From the NCBI GenBank assembly GCA_963772655.1, contig CAVYYE010000003.1:2609341-2673340 (forward strand): a stretch of DNA of 64,000 nucleotides. The letters are read 5' to 3'. How positions within the stretch are numbered: position 1 is the first letter of the stretch; every line of letters begins with the position of its first letter. Shown one piece after another: positions 32,232-41,968 of the stretch. Under the pieces are notes generated by a model that did no database searches, was not told the DNA's origin, and saw only the letters and a program-made list of their open reading frames with translations. This DNA is from an uncultured delta proteobacterium (lineage in GTDB: Bacteria; Myxococcota_A; Polyangia; Haliangiales; Haliangiaceae). A program made the position numbers and the translations under genes.

Positions 32232-33674
32232 GTGTCGCGTACCCGTTCGATCGGTGGCTGTTTGTTCGTGGGTTTGGCGTGGTGCGTCGCGGGTTGTTCC
32301 GACGCGCCGGCCACCACGGATCAGGATCCCAACGCGGGTCTGCTGCGCGACTTCCTCGACGGCAAGTTCGACTCCGCAGGCCACCCGCTGAACGCGAAGG
32401 TGATCGAGGCCGAACAAGCATGCGCCGGTGAGGTCCGAGACGGCGCGGTGATCCTGCGCGAGGCCTGCACGATCGCACTTCCGGACAACGCGCAGAGCGG
32501 TGGCCTCGTGGTCGACCTGCGGCTGCGCATCGGCGAACACGCGCCCTCGGGCGAGCTGGTTCGCGCGACGGTGCTCGACGATCGCGGCGAGGTCGCGAGC
32601 GAGTCGCTGACCGTCGATCGGTTGCGCGAAGGCGACGACTGGATCGATCTCGCGGTCAGCTTTCACGGGAGCGCCCGCGAGCTACGCATCGATCCCGCGG
32701 CCGACGCGGGCATCGAGCTCGACAACGTCGAGGTGTTCCCGCAGCGCTTCGGGCTCGCGATCGCGCCGGGCTCCGGCGTGCTCGCCGATGACGACGTGCT
32801 CACCTTCGAGCTACCCGAGCTCCGCAAGCTCGACACGCTCACCGCCGACGGCGTCGATCTCCTGCCGAAGCTCGACGAGCTGTTCGCGAGCGGGGATGCC
32901 ACGCGCACGACCACCGACGTCCGGACGTTGATCGAGGTCCCGGTCGGCGCGCTGCTCCCCGATCGCGGCGAGGTCACCGAGCTCCGTGCGCACGGCGCCG
33001 GCGATGCGGCACGCATCCAGATCCGGCGCACGCCCGCCGCGTGCGAGTTCGAAGGCGACCCGAACGGCACCAAGGTGCTGGTCACCGGGTTCCAGCCGTT
33101 CCCCGCGGATGGCTGGCACGACAACGTGGCCGAGATCGCGGTCACCGCGATGGATCCGTCGGTGCTGCGCGGCGCGCAGGTGATGCGGATGGTGCTGCCG
33201 GTCGAATACGACCGCGCGGCCGACGCGATCTCCGACGCGATCGAACGCTGCAGCCCCGACGTCGTGATCAGCTTCGGTCAAGGTGGCGGCGCGATCGCGC
33301 TCGAGCACACCGCCTACAACCTGCAGGACACCGGAGAGATCGCCGGCGGCGTCCCCGACAACCGCGGCGTGATCCGCGGCGCCCAGCCGATCGATCCCGC
33401 AGCGCCACCCGAGCGCTCGACGCTGCTTCCGATCGACGACATCCGCGTCGCGCTCGAGGCGATCGGCGAGCAACCGCAGGACAGCACCGACCCCGGTCGC
33501 TACATCTGCAACAACGTCATGTTCCAGGACATCGCGGCCATGGGTCCGCGCGGCGGTCGCGCCGGGTTCATCCACCTGCCGTACACGGCCACGTTCGACG
33601 ACGACGTGCGCGCCCGCTTCGGCCACGTCGTCGAGGCCGCGATCCAGGCGACGATCGACGCCGGCCACGAGTAG
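32232..33674 (+). CDS. lipoprotein with C-terminal pyroglutamyl-peptidase I (peptidase C15)-like domain
   Basis: Lipobox WCVAGCSD; C-terminal KVLVTGFQPF...DVVISFGQGGG...PDNRG...GRYICNNVMF resembles pyrrolidone-carboxylate peptidase; ~270-aa N-terminal domain unknown. Confidence 0.7.
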   Translation: MSRTRSIGGCLFVGLAWCVAGCSDAPATTDQDPNAGLLRDFLDGKFDSAGHPLNAKVIEAEQACAGEVRDGAVILREACTIALPDNAQSGGLVVDLRLRIGEHAPSGELVRATVLDDRGEVASESLTVDRLREGDDWIDLAVSFHGSARELRIDPAADAGIELDNVEVFPQRFGLAIAPGSGVLADDDVLTFELPELRKLDTLTADGVDLLPKLDELFASGDATRTTTDVRTLIEVPVGALLPDRGEVTELRAHGAGDAARIQIRRTPAACEFEGDPNGTKVLVTGFQPFPADGWHDNVAEIAVTAMDPSVLRGAQVMRMVLPVEYDRAADAISDAIERCSPDVVISFGQGGGAIALEHTAYNLQDTGEIAGGVPDNRGVIRGAQPIDPAAPPERSTLLPIDDIRVALEAIGEQPQDSTDPGRYICNNVMFQDIAAMGPRGGRAGFIHLPYTATFDDDVRARFGHVVEAAIQATIDAGHE

Positions 33675-33745
33675 CGCCCCGCGAACGCCCGAGACGTTCG
33701 GCCTATTTCGTTGAATCGCGCGTGTCGATCGCGCATCCCTGATCC

Positions 33746-34885
33746 GTGCGGATCTACCTCGCGTCGTGCGTCGTGATGTCGGTCGCGTCGACGGTGGCCG
33801 CGGCTCCGGCGTTCGTGCCCGATCGCGCGGACATCGTCGGCCGGGTCGGCGACAAGGGAGCGTGGACGGACGCCGCCACCGAGGCGCGCGCCGACCAGAC
33901 CGCCGAGCTCGCCGCCGTGGTGATCGGCCATCGCGGGCGCCGGCGGGTCGTGCTCGCTCCTGCCGGCGTCTCGCGCGTCCGGCTGCGCGGCCGGCTCTAC
34001 CGCACCGAGCCCTTGATCGGTGCACGGCTGCGGTGGTCGACCGTCGAGCCGCACGGGTTCCGCGCGAATCCGGCGACCAACGGCGTGACCAGCGACTTCT
34101 ACTCCAACGTCTCGGTCGATGCCGGCACGTTCGGTCGCTGGGCCGGCTACGACACGATCGACTACTTCGAGCACGTGATGAAGCCGTGGAGCGACGCCGC
34201 GACGATCCCCGCGAAGGCGGTCGCCAGCGAACCTGGTGCCCAGACGCTGCCGGGTCTGGGCACGATCCGCTACAAGGTCGAGGTCGAGCTCGACGGTGTG
34301 CGCGTCGCGAGTCCAGGGTCGGCGGCGGTCGACACCGCCGGGATCCTGCCGTCGGTACACCGGGTGTCGATCCGCCGCGGCGATGACTTCCTCGGACGAC
34401 TGTCGGGCTACCTGCTGGTACCCGAGGTGTTCGGCTCGGCGGGCGGCGGTCGCAACCACCAGACCGAACGGTTCACCGGTGCCGACTGCGCCGACGTCAT
34501 GGTCGGTGCCGCGCGCCGGATGGGACGGCGCTACGCGTACACCAACGTCGCCGGCCTGCCGCGCTACGCGCGCACGATCGCCAAGCCCGTCGAGCTCGAC
34601 GACCACGGCACGCCCGCACACCCGATTCCCGGCGTGCAGCCCGGCGATCTGATCCGAATCGACTACGGCGGATCGCTACGCCACCACACGCCCCGCGCCT
34701 GGGATCACGTCGCCGCGTTGTGGCAGGACCGCAGCGACCCGGCCGGTCCCGCGCACGGAGGACCCGACGGCAAGCTCGACGGCTTCGACCTCGTGATCCA
34801 CATGGGTCACCCGCGCCTCGTGATCGAGCCGCTGGCCGAACAGGCGCCGGCGACGATCGACGTCCTGCGGTGGCGCGGTCGCTAG
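33746..34885 (+). CDS. secreted hypothetical protein
   Basis: Signal peptide MRIYLASCVVMSVASTVAAAPA; 379 aa, coherent codon usage. Confidence 0.55.
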   Translation: MRIYLASCVVMSVASTVAAAPAFVPDRADIVGRVGDKGAWTDAATEARADQTAELAAVVIGHRGRRRVVLAPAGVSRVRLRGRLYRTEPLIGARLRWSTVEPHGFRANPATNGVTSDFYSNVSVDAGTFGRWAGYDTIDYFEHVMKPWSDAATIPAKAVASEPGAQTLPGLGTIRYKVEVELDGVRVASPGSAAVDTAGILPSVHRVSIRRGDDFLGRLSGYLLVPEVFGSAGGGRNHQTERFTGADCADVMVGAARRMGRRYAYTNVAGLPRYARTIAKPVELDDHGTPAHPIPGVQPGDLIRIDYGGSLRHHTPRAWDHVAALWQDRSDPAGPAHGGPDGKLDGFDLVIHMGHPRLVIEPLAEQAPATIDVLRWRGR

Positions 34886-35604
34886 AAGTAGTACGACGCG
34901 CCGAGCGTGAACTGACCGCCCGACAGATCCTGCGCCGTGCGGACATCCGATGCGGGAGCCACCGGCGGCGGCTGCATCGCACCCGTGTCGGGGCTGACCG
35001 GTGGCGGTGCGGTGTTCGGATCGGACATGTCGCTGCGCGGGCTCATGCCGACGAATCGGAGCTCGGCGTGCAGCGCGAGGTGGCTGAACCGGCGCTCGAG
35101 CCCGACGCCGAACGCGACGTGACCGCGCTGTGCGGCATCGCGCTCGGCCTGGGTCGACTGCTGGTGCTCGATCACGGTCATGCCGAGACCGCCCATCAGC
35201 CACCAGTTCCACGCGCGTTCGGCGCGGAAGCGGTAGCGCGCGGCGAGCGTGCCGCCGCCCATCGCGAGGTCACCGTCTTCGCCGGTGTCGAGCACCTGGC
35301 GACCGCCCGAGAGCAACAGCTCGAGCTCGAAGTGCGGCGTCGCGCGATAGCGGATCGACAGCTCGCCGGTCCGGAAATCGGTCGGGGTCTGCGTGTCGTC
35401 CTGGTCGGCCGTCACCGACATGCCACCGACGTTGAGGCCGACCGCGAACCGGTTGGCCATCGGATCGATGCAGTCGCCGCACGGATCCGCGACCACCGCA
35501 GGTGTCGCGGGTGTAGGTGCGACCGGGGTGGTCTCACCCGGTGCTTGCGCGTAGGCGGCGGTGGCGAAGGCGGGAACCAGTGCGAGTCCGAGCCAGCGAG
35601 ACAT
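34882..35604 (-). CDS. outer membrane beta-barrel protein (OmpA-like/porin-family barrel)
   Basis: Signal peptide MSRWLGLALVPAFATAAYAQA; alternating beta-strand pattern; C-terminal aromatic (GASYYF). Confidence 0.65.
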   Translation of the reverse strand: MSRWLGLALVPAFATAAYAQAPGETTPVAPTPATPAVVADPCGDCIDPMANRFAVGLNVGGMSVTADQDDTQTPTDFRTGELSIRYRATPHFELELLLSGGRQVLDTGEDGDLAMGGGTLAARYRFRAERAWNWWLMGGLGMTVIEHQQSTQAERDAAQRGHVAFGVGLERRFSHLALHAELRFVGMSPRSDMSDPNTAPPPVSPDTGAMQPPPVAPASDVRTAQDLSGGQFTLGASYYF

Positions 35605-35695
35605 GGCCTCGATGATTCCACACTTCGTGCCAGCGCAAGTCGCCGAAAACGACCGTGCGCGACGTTTGCCACACGTCTCGATTACCGACATCCAG

Positions 35696-36487
35696 ATGGA
35701 TGATCGTGGGCGGTTCCTACACTACGATGATCCGGTGGCAGGTCGGACCTTTGCCATCGGGGACATCCACGGCGATCTCACGGCATTGCAGGTGCTGTTC
35801 GAACGGCTACCCGAACGCACCGCCGACGACACCATCGTATTCCTCGGTGACTACATCGACCGCGGCCCCGAATCGGCCGGCGTGATCGAGTTCGTGCGCA
35901 AGCTCGAGACCTCGGGACCCGCGAAGGTGGTCTCGCTGCGTGGCAATCACGAGGACGCGTGGCTACAGGTCATCGACAAGGGCTGGCCGGAGTTCATCAT
36001 GCCGCGCTCGAACGGCTGCCTCGAGTCGTACCGGTCCTTCACCAACGGCGACATTCCCGACGACGATGACCTCCCGGAGTCGAAAGAGCTCCAGGCGATG
36101 TTCGAGGGCGGGTTCTTCCCCAAGGACGTCGTGGCGTGGATGCGCGAGCTCCGTCACTTCTTCGAGGACGATCACGCGATCTACGTGCACGCCGGGATCA
36201 AACGCACTGCCGGTCGGTTCCCTCATCCCTCCGAGGTGTCGCCACCGCGCGCGCTACTGTGGTTACGCGATCGCGACTTCTTCGAGAACTACCGCGGCAA
36301 GCTCGTCGTGTTCGGTCACACCACGACGCGCACGTTGCCGAACGAGCTCTCGACCTACACGCCGGAGGACCCGACGGATCTCTGGGCCGGACCGGCGTGC
36401 GTCGGGCTCGACACCGCGTGCGGCAAGGGCGGGTTTCTGACGGCGTTCGAGCTGCCCGCGCGTCGCGTCTACGAATCTCGTGGCTGA
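35696..36487 (+). CDS. PPP-family serine/threonine protein phosphatase (metallophosphoesterase)
   Basis: GDIHGD, GDYIDRG, RGNHE motifs; start placed at MDDRGRF to avoid overlap with the convergent/divergent OMP gene. Confidence 0.8.
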   Translation: MDDRGRFLHYDDPVAGRTFAIGDIHGDLTALQVLFERLPERTADDTIVFLGDYIDRGPESAGVIEFVRKLETSGPAKVVSLRGNHEDAWLQVIDKGWPEFIMPRSNGCLESYRSFTNGDIPDDDDLPESKELQAMFEGGFFPKDVVAWMRELRHFFEDDHAIYVHAGIKRTAGRFPHPSEVSPPRALLWLRDRDFFENYRGKLVVFGHTTTRTLPNELSTYTPEDPTDLWAGPACVGLDTACGKGGFLTAFELPARRVYESRG

Positions 36488-38759
36488 CAGCGCTCCTCCG
36501 AAACACTCCACCGCCGGAACGCCGGCGATCCGGATGGCCCGCGCGCTCGCGTCGCCGCGCGGCGTGCTCGTCACGATCCCCCTGCTGGTGATCGCCGTCG
36601 GGCTCGGGATCCTGTTGCTCGGTCGCGACGCCACGCGCACCGCGAGCTCCGATCTCGCGCGACTCCAGATGACCGAGCAGGTCGAGAGCGTACAGGCCGA
36701 GGTCGCACGCGCACTCGATCAGGCGGAGCCGTTGATGGCACGCACGCGGGTGCTCGCCGAGCGCCTGCCCCCGGATCCCGATCTCACGGACGTGCTCCTC
36801 CACCTCCACGATCTGATCGTCGGGCGCCCCGGCGTGTCGTACATCAGCGTGAGCTTTCCCGACGGTCGCTACTACCATGCCAACGCGACCGCCTCCGGCG
36901 TGATCGAGGTCCAGGAGAGCCGGTTTCGCGACGACGGCAAGACGCGCGTGCGGTGGTTCACGATCTCGGGTCGCAAGCTGGTCGCACGGCGCGAGCTGAT
37001 CAACGACTACGATCCCCGGCAGCGGCCGTTCTACAAGATCGCCGTCGCCGCGCGCGCCCGCGCATGGACCAAGCCGTACACGTTCGCGCTCACGTTCGAT
37101 ACCGGGATCACCTGCACCGAGCCGGTGTTCGATACATCGGGCGCGGTGCGCGCAGTGCTCACCGTCGACTTCGATGTCGGCGCCCTCTCGCGCCTGGTAT
37201 CGCGGCCGACACTCGACGGTGCGCGCACGATCGTCTACACGGGCAAGGGCACGATCCTCGCGTACCCCTCGGCGGGCGAGAAACCACCGAAGCACGGCGA
37301 CGAGCTGCTGTCGTACCAGGCGCTGCACGATCCCGCGCTCGATGCACTGTTCGCGAAGTCCACTGCGTCGAGCGTGCAGCTCCTCGACCTCGGCGCCAGC
37401 AGCAGCGGGTGGCTCGCCGCGGTGGCACCGATCGGTGGCCGGCGCGCCGGCGTCAACGTGCCGCTCGACTGGTACGTCGCGACCATCGTCCCGAAGGCGA
37501 CGCTGCTCGGCCCGACCCGCACGCTCGAACGCCGCAGCTTGATCGCCAGTGGTGGCGCCCTCGCGATCGCCGTCGCGCTCGCCTTGATCCTGGCGTGGAA
37601 CCTGGTGCGGATGCGGCGGCAGGTCGCGCAGTCGCGCGAGGAAGCGCGCTCGGCGAACGCGCGTGCTCGGGAGCTCGGCAGCTACCGCCTGGTCGCGCAG
37701 CTGGGTTCCGGCGGCATGGGCGAGGTGTGGCGCGCCGAACACCGGATGCTGGCGCGCACTGCCGCGATCAAGTTGATCCGCCCCGAGGCGATGCGCGATC
37801 CGGACAGCATCGCCGAGGTACGCGAACGGTTCCGGCGCGAAGCGCAGACGCTCGCATCGATGAAGTCGCACCACACGATCGCGCTCTACGACTACGGAGT
37901 CACCGAGCACGGCGTGTTCTACTACGTGATGGAGCTCCTCGACGGTATCGACCTCGAGTCGCTGGTCGTGCGTTATGGCGCGCAGCCCGCCGCACGCGTG
38001 ATCCGGATCCTCATCCAGGCGTGCGCGTCGCTCGCGGAGGCCCACGACGCCGGGCTGCTCCACCGTGACATCAAGCCACCCAACCTGTTCCTCTGCCGCG
38101 AGGCCGACGAGCTCGACGTCGTCAAGCTGCTCGACTTCGGCATCGTCGCGACGCCCAACGATCCCGAGCTCGAGGCCGCGAAGCACACGCCCGAGCCCGA
38201 ACCCGAGCCCGAGCCCGAGGCGCCGACCAGCCTTGCTCACTCCAAGCTGACGCGACTCGGTGCGATGGTCGGAACGCCGGGGTTCATGGCGCCCGAGCAG
38301 ATCCTCGGCATGGAGCTCGACGGTCGCTCGGATCTCTACGCGCTCGGGTGCTGCGCGTGGTGGCTGCTGGTCGGGCACGAGGTGTTCACGCGCGAGCAGA
38401 GCCACGGCAAGTTCCTGCACCAGCACATCCACGACACACCGCCGTCGCTCCGACTCGCGATGCAGGGATGGTGTCCACCCGAGCTCGAACACGTGATCCA
38501 CGCGTGTCTCGCGAAGACGCCGGAGGAACGCCCCGCCGACGCGCGAGTCCTCGCCGCACGATTGCGCGCGATCGAGATCCCCGACGAGCACGCGTGGACC
38601 GAGGCCGATGCCATTTCGTGGTGGGCCACCTACGAGCCACCGCCGGTCAGGCTGCCGCCGACCGGCGAGGTCCACGTGATCATGCCCGGGCGCACCGACC
38701 AGCGGCCGATGGCCGCGACGTCGGACGAAGCGATCGGCCCGACGATCGCGCAACGCTAA
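36480..38759 (+). CDS. sensor serine/threonine protein kinase with N-terminal extracytoplasmic domain between two TM helices
   Basis: TM1 VLVTIPLLVIAVGLGILLL, ~300-aa extracytoplasmic domain, TM2 LIASGGALAIAVALALILAW, kinase domain LGSGGMGEVWRAEH..AIKLI..HRDIKPPN..DFGIV..GTPGFMAPE; start may be at a downstream Met. Confidence 0.85.
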   Translation: MADSAPPKHSTAGTPAIRMARALASPRGVLVTIPLLVIAVGLGILLLGRDATRTASSDLARLQMTEQVESVQAEVARALDQAEPLMARTRVLAERLPPDPDLTDVLLHLHDLIVGRPGVSYISVSFPDGRYYHANATASGVIEVQESRFRDDGKTRVRWFTISGRKLVARRELINDYDPRQRPFYKIAVAARARAWTKPYTFALTFDTGITCTEPVFDTSGAVRAVLTVDFDVGALSRLVSRPTLDGARTIVYTGKGTILAYPSAGEKPPKHGDELLSYQALHDPALDALFAKSTASSVQLLDLGASSSGWLAAVAPIGGRRAGVNVPLDWYVATIVPKATLLGPTRTLERRSLIASGGALAIAVALALILAWNLVRMRRQVAQSREEARSANARARELGSYRLVAQLGSGGMGEVWRAEHRMLARTAAIKLIRPEAMRDPDSIAEVRERFRREAQTLASMKSHHTIALYDYGVTEHGVFYYVMELLDGIDLESLVVRYGAQPAARVIRILIQACASLAEAHDAGLLHRDIKPPNLFLCREADELDVVKLLDFGIVATPNDPELEAAKHTPEPEPEPEPEAPTSLAHSKLTRLGAMVGTPGFMAPEQILGMELDGRSDLYALGCCAWWLLVGHEVFTREQSHGKFLHQHIHDTPPSLRLAMQGWCPPELEHVIHACLAKTPEERPADARVLAARLRAIEIPDEHAWTEADAISWWATYEPPPVRLPPTGEVHVIMPGRTDQRPMAATSDEAIGPTIAQR

Positions 38760-39334
38760 CGGCGCGCGCCCAGCAACTTCCGAAGTGGATTGCGACGCTG
38801 TGCGCGAAGCGCCGCGCCCGCCGAGGCGGTGCGGGCGCGTGCCGCGTGCTTGGCGTGCATGAAGCGCTCGCGCTCGCTACCCACGAACACCTCGCGCGTA
38901 CCGGCGAACATGTCGAACCACGACCACACGACGCCGAAGTTCTTGTCCTGATCCCCCATGTGGTGATCGTAGTGATGCGGTAGGTGATCTCGTCCCCAGC
39001 TCGGATCGAGATGCGAGCGCTTGTGCTCGCGGCGGTAGCGGGCGAGGCAGTACCAGATCGTCGACGTGTAGAACGGCACGACCGGAAACAGCGGCGCGTG
39101 CGCGAGCCCGATCGCGATCAAGCCGATCGCCTCGCGCGCCTGCGTCGTCGAGCTCCACGGCGGTCCCTCGTACGCCGGGTCGTAACCGCCGTTACGGCGC
39201 ACCGACTGATGATGCTCGTGATAGTGAAACGAGAACCGGCTCTTGCGATCGCGGCCCAGCCCGTGAAGCAGGTACTTGTGCGTGGCCCACTCCCCGTACC
39301 CGAACACGGCAAGGCCGAGCGGAATCCCGATCAT
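38756..39334 (-). CDS. fatty acid hydroxylase / sterol desaturase superfamily membrane protein
   Basis: Histidine boxes FHYHEHH and HHYDHH, hydrophobic segments; 192 aa. Confidence 0.7.
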   Translation of the reverse strand: MIGIPLGLAVFGYGEWATHKYLLHGLGRDRKSRFSFHYHEHHQSVRRNGGYDPAYEGPPWSSTTQAREAIGLIAIGLAHAPLFPVVPFYTSTIWYCLARYRREHKRSHLDPSWGRDHLPHHYDHHMGDQDKNFGVVWSWFDMFAGTREVFVGSERERFMHAKHAARARTASAGAALRAQRRNPLRKLLGARR

Positions 39335-39393
39335 GTGCGGATCCTCCCAGCGCGATGTATCGGCGGCAACACTTCTTTACGCTGCGAGGTAAC

Positions 39394-40692
39394 ATGCGCT
39401 CGATGTTCGTGCGACGAGGTCTGGCCACCGCCACGGTCGCACTGTGCGGTTGCTCGTACACGCCGCCCGACACGCCGGTCGACGCACCACCCGACACCGG
39501 CGCATGCGCCAACGCGCACGCCGAGTGCGTCGACGACACGTTGTTCTCGTGCGCGGCTCCCGGCGCCCCGCTCGTCGAGGAAGCCTGCACGTGGGGTTGC
39601 GAGACCAGTGACGGCGCACACTGCCGTCGCATCACGCCCGCGGGTGGTGGTGCCACCGCGAACGATCTCGATCCGGAAAACTACTCCGGCATCGTGTCGT
39701 ACAGCCTCGCCGGCGTGCTCGACGGCGGCATCGGTACGATCAACGGCAACCCCGCGGGCAGCATCGGCGTCGGCTACCAGATCGAGAACGGTGTCGCGGT
39801 GTTCCGGTTCGCGGATCTCTCGGTCGGCGTCGTCAAGCTCACCGGCACGGTCCCGATCGCGCTGGTCGCAGACGGTCCGATCGTCGTGTCCGGCATCATC
39901 GACGCAACCGGTCAATGCGTCACCGGCTCGCCGGAGATCGCCGGACCGGGAGGTGCAAACGGCGGACTGACGAGCGGCGTCGATGGCGGCGATCCCGGTG
40001 GTGGCAGCGGTGGCAATGCCAACCTCGGCCTCGGCGGTGGCGCGGGTGGCGGTCACGGTGTCGACGGCAGCATCTCGGGCAACGCCGAGCCCGGTGGTTC
40101 CGCGTTCGGCGACGACGCGATCACCGAGTTGCGCGGTGGTGGTGGTGGCGGTGCCGGTCGCGGCACCGGCGCGACCTCGTTCGTGGGCGGTGGCGGAGGC
40201 GGTGCGATCCAGCTGGTGTCGAACACGTCGATCGAATTCATGGCGACCGGCAGCATCAACGCCGGTGGTTGCGGCGGTCAGCGCGGCGCGCAGATCGGTG
40301 ACGAAGGTGGTGGTGGTGGTGCGGGGGGAACGATCCTTCTCGAGGCACCCACCGTTCACCTCGGCCCGACCAGCATCCTCGCGGTCAACGGCGGCGGTGG
40401 GGGCGGTGCCGCCGGCGGGAGCACCACGGCGCAAGCGGGTGCCACGGGAGGACTCACCCGCACGCCGGCGAACGGTGGCAACGGCGGGACCGGCGGTGGC
40501 TCCGGTGGCGTCGGCGGGGCCGGCGTGTTGCCCTCGGGGTTGCCGGGTAGCAATCCGGCCGGTGGCGGTGGCGGCGCGGTCGGTCGCATCCGGATCAACA
40601 CGCTCGCGGGCAGCGCGAGCATCGAGGGCACGATGAGCCCCGACTTCGGAGACGTGTCGACGGCGACCCAGGGCGTCGCCACCACGCAATAG
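39394..40692 (+). CDS. glycine-rich repeat lipoprotein, hypothetical
   Basis: Lipobox TVALCGCS; long Gly-rich repetitive region (GGGGGGAGRGTG...GGGGGGAAGGS...NGGNGGTGGGSGG). Confidence 0.55.
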   Translation: MRSMFVRRGLATATVALCGCSYTPPDTPVDAPPDTGACANAHAECVDDTLFSCAAPGAPLVEEACTWGCETSDGAHCRRITPAGGGATANDLDPENYSGIVSYSLAGVLDGGIGTINGNPAGSIGVGYQIENGVAVFRFADLSVGVVKLTGTVPIALVADGPIVVSGIIDATGQCVTGSPEIAGPGGANGGLTSGVDGGDPGGGSGGNANLGLGGGAGGGHGVDGSISGNAEPGGSAFGDDAITELRGGGGGGAGRGTGATSFVGGGGGGAIQLVSNTSIEFMATGSINAGGCGGQRGAQIGDEGGGGGAGGTILLEAPTVHLGPTSILAVNGGGGGGAAGGSTTAQAGATGGLTRTPANGGNGGTGGGSGGVGGAGVLPSGLPGSNPAGGGGGAVGRIRINTLAGSASIEGTMSPDFGDVSTATQGVATTQ

Positions 40693-40696
40693 ATCG

Positions 40697-41053
40697 CTAC
40701 AGGCGATCCTCGGTCGTCGGATCGGACTCCTCGATCGAGCAGTCGATCCGCACCGCATCGCACGATCCCTCTTCGTCGAGCTGGATCCCGATGCGGCGAA
40801 CCGCGAGCGCGATGCCGAACGCGACACCCTTGTCCTCGATCACCTTCCGATACGGGTCGACGGTGGCTTCTTCCCAGTTGACCTCGTCGAGATCGGCCGC
40901 GTTGAGGATCCAACCCACCGCAGGAACCGTCGGCAGCCACACCGTGAACGTGCCCACGTAGACGCCGTTACCCGAGGTCAGCTCGCGGCCGAACACGCGA
41001 ACCAGCGCTCGCATACGATCCAGTTTCGCCATCGGCCGGGGAATGTACGTCAA
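40697..41053 (-). CDS. hypothetical protein
   Basis: 118-aa ORF with acceptable codon usage, no recognisable motif. Confidence 0.4.
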   Translation of the reverse strand: MTYIPRPMAKLDRMRALVRVFGRELTSGNGVYVGTFTVWLPTVPAVGWILNAADLDEVNWEEATVDPYRKVIEDKGVAFGIALAVRRIGIQLDEEGSCDAVRIDCSIEESDPTTEDRL

Positions 41054-41133
41054 ACCCGAGTGTCTGGGGGCAGTTGCAGGTCGTTGTCTCGATCCGAGGC
41101 GGTCGTGCGACGACCCGGTGAAAGGACCAAGAC

Positions 41134-41565
41134 ATGTTCAGCATCGACACCACCATCGACATCCCTGCTCCACTCGCCACCGTTCGCACCGCGATCACCA
41201 CGCTCGAAGGCTTTCGCGGCTGGTGGACCGAGGACACCGAGATCGACGACGCCACGCAGGAGGCGACGTTCCGGTTCGTCAAGACCGAGACCATGCAGTC
41301 GACCTTCCGCATCGATCGCATCGACGACCGCGGCATCGCGATGACGTGCGTTCGCGAGATCAACAGTCCCGACTGGCGCGGCACCGAGCTCGTGATCGAG
41401 GTCGAGCCCGCCGGGGACGGCACGCGCGTTCACCTCGTGCACTCGGGGTATCGCACCAAGAACGAGACCTACGACATGTGCACGAAGGGTTGGGCGTTCT
41501 TCCTCGGTAGCCTCGTCAAGTACGTCACCACGGGCACCGGCGAGCCATTCGCGCGGGCCGCATGA
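41134..41565 (+). CDS. SRPBCC family protein (Activator of Hsp90 ATPase homolog 1-like)
   Basis: IDIPAPLATVRTAITTLEGFRGWWT resembles the IDAPxExVWxALTDPExxxxW N-terminus of AHSA1/SRPBCC proteins; 143 aa. Confidence 0.75.
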   Translation: MFSIDTTIDIPAPLATVRTAITTLEGFRGWWTEDTEIDDATQEATFRFVKTETMQSTFRIDRIDDRGIAMTCVREINSPDWRGTELVIEVEPAGDGTRVHLVHSGYRTKNETYDMCTKGWAFFLGSLVKYVTTGTGEPFARAA

Positions 41566-41577
41566 TAGGAGCGAGCC

Positions 41578-41958
41578 ATGCCTAACCCCGATCCACAAAC
41601 CACCGGTGTTGCGATGCTGCTGTTTCGCGACGAAGGAATCGACTGGTCGGAGTACGAAGACGACGAGCGCGGCAAGGCGATGTTCCAGCGGTTCGTCGAC
41701 TGGGCGGCCGACCTCGATCGGCGAGGCATCCTGGTCGGCGTCGATCCGCTGGTGCGCGGCGGCAAGACCGTGCGGCGCAAGGGCGCCAGCATCGTGATCG
41801 ACGGGCCCTACGCCGAGGGACGCGAGGCCGTGCTCGGCTACTACATGGTGCGCGCCGCCGATCTCGACGAGGCGTGCGAGCTCGCTGCGGAGGCACCGCA
41901 CACCCAGCTCGGAGGAGCGACCGAGGTCCGGATGATCGGCGCGTTCCCCAAGCCGTGA
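41578..41958 (+). CDS. YciI-like / DGPF (YCII-related) domain protein
   Basis: 126 aa; IVIDGPYAEGREAVLGYYMVRAADLDEACELAAEAP matches YCII-related domain (DGP[FY]AE..E..GG); adjacent to ECF sigma gene. Confidence 0.75.
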   Translation: MPNPDPQTTGVAMLLFRDEGIDWSEYEDDERGKAMFQRFVDWAADLDRRGILVGVDPLVRGGKTVRRKGASIVIDGPYAEGREAVLGYYMVRAADLDEACELAAEAPHTQLGGATEVRMIGAFPKP

Positions 41959-41968
41959 GGCTCTCGGC

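Noticed and set aside
36480-36531. Exact start codon of the sensor kinase (overlapping the phosphatase stop vs downstream ATG at MARALAS)
   Set aside because: Cannot be resolved from sequence alone; both give the same architecture.
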